Below, in pieces: positions 62,366 to 64,000 of a stretch of 64,000 nucleotides of DNA; the first letter of the stretch is position 1, and the number at the start of each line of letters is the position of its first letter. The notes beneath the pieces were generated by a model that had not been told where the DNA came from, searched no databases, and saw only the letters and a program-made list of their open reading frames with translations. A program made the translations under genes and the position numbers. Origin of the DNA: Stylophora pistillata (Eukaryota); assembly GCF_002571385.2 (NCBI RefSeq), contig NW_019217912.1, positions 443,380 through 507,379 of the forward strand, given 5' to 3'.

Positions 62366-64000
62366 GCTGAGAGAGAAAATATTGCTCGAGGTATGATCAG
62401 CTGTTAAGCGATTGTCGAATAAATTAAACAAGATGGTGAATAACGTAGCCACCTTTAAGCCAATTTAACAATAGACGGGACAGTAAAGTAACGTTGTACA
62501 GAACAGATATATTACGCAACTAACCTCATGTTGACTTACACAATCTTGTATTTAATCTTATAACGTTACTTCTGAAACTAACTTTATCAGGTGAGATCAT
62601 GAGCTCCATTTCACAGCTCATTATCTTTCGCCAAAAATAAACAGACTTTTCTGATGTCTGCCGTTTGTAATCAAAGAGTAAAGTAACTGAGTAAATAGGA
62701 ACAAAACTGTGTTAAAGTAATACAAGAACACATGGACGACTCGTTTTAATCTACGAAATAAATTCCCTTTGTTGTCCTAATTTGATTTCTATTCCCTCTT
62801 CAGGGCTTAGTGTGGATGTACACAAAAAAATTCAAACAGAAGAATAAAGGAAGACAACGTCAAGGAGCTGTTATAAATGATACGAAAGCCTTAAAATCTG
62901 TGGATACTTTCAACAACCTCAACATGATTCCTATCCCGTTGCAAAATTGTTCATCTTTTTTTTTTGAGAGAGAAGTGGCCGAAAATTGGACAAACATAGC
63001 TTAACAGACGTCTTAACAGACCAGGACTTGAACTTGAATGAAATAATTTGGAAATACATGTATGATTCGAAATTGTCCATGTTCAATGAGACAGCACGAA
63101 CAAATATAAGTCTGAGCCGTTATCAATAATGCTACCGGCATAAAATACTTGTTTTTCTGTTGCAACAACATTTAGTTGACAGTTAGATCTTATTTCAGTG
63201 ACAATGTTAGCGCATTCTTTCTAAGAAAGCATATTGATTTCGAAACGCCACACTGGTGTTGCTTTTCTGTTGTCACTGCTTATCGAGTTAAAATCGAGCA
63301 ACGACGTTTTTCTTGAAAGCCCTTTTGCATGAAACGGTCCGTTTGTTCTTGCGTAAAAATACCTGAAATGCCAGAACTAAAAGCAAACGCACACCAAAGA
63401 GGAAGTACTAACTGAAAGTAATATTGCAATGGTATTTTATGTATGAACAGAAAACATCAGTCTCGTGCAAGTTGGCTTTTCTATCAAAATATTAAGATTT
63501 GAACCAGAAATCTTTTAGCTATACCTAGGTTATGAAACATCATGTTATTCGCTTTGATATCCAGGGATTCAAAGCCACTTACTGCCGGACGTTACCTGCA
63601 ATATTGTTCAATTTACATGTGTGATAATAACATTGAATTTCTTTTCGTTAATGTGGCAAGCAAGTATCCCAGCGCATGGAATAAAACGAGTCATGGAGTA
63701 TCAGAAACATTTTCTATGAATAAACACGTCGATAAAGTTATGTCATTTTAGAGACAATTGTGACAATAAAACATTGAATTTTAATTAAATTGTATCAGGT
63801 TGGTCCACTTTATGCTGCAACGGAAACTATCTGACGTGTCTTTGCCGATTAATCAGATGGTAAATTCTTAACTTACTTTGACTGATTTTTCACTTCCTTG
63901 ATGGCAACATTTGCTCACCCTCTTTCTTGCAAACAGCACACGTCTATCGTAAAGTAATGATATCATATTTCTCATTTATTGAGAGGTAACTCCATTTATA

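Overview
Eukaryotic, AT-rich animal DNA with GT-AG introns. The interspersed repeats resemble those of anthozoan (stony coral-like) genomes; this is an inference, not a database result. Almost all coding sequence belongs to one cluster of seven secreted, low-complexity precursor genes. A and B (584-2287, 4181-5585) are paralogs releasing 63-70% Cys/His peptides. C (8014-19274) has one signal/acidic leader exon followed by five phase-compatible Cys-rich 3' cassettes, one of them pseudogenised, each with its own stop, 3'-UTR intron and poly(A) signal. D (21109-21741) carries a short Cys tail, and E (22297-24756) has a silk-like GGGAA block. F (minus strand, 40028-31658, 4 exons, ~1352 aa) is a Gly/Tyr/Cys polyprotein. 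G (43628-62365) is an uninterrupted ~6245-codon frame with 18 His/Pro heptad-repeat domains and ~14 beta-strand-tagged modules, broken by a single in-frame TAG. In F and G, modules open after dibasic KR/KK sites and close at a recurring [KR]-S-x-[VI] motif; the A, B and C peptides also open after dibasic sites and close at KKS/RKS/RRS. This suggests a co-regulated, proteolytically released structural-peptide toolkit, possibly for cnidocysts or another hardened extracellular material. Also present: an L2-like LINE 3' end, a tRNA-derived repeat, MITEs, Penelope-type hammerhead-like repeats and a small spliced minus-strand transcript.
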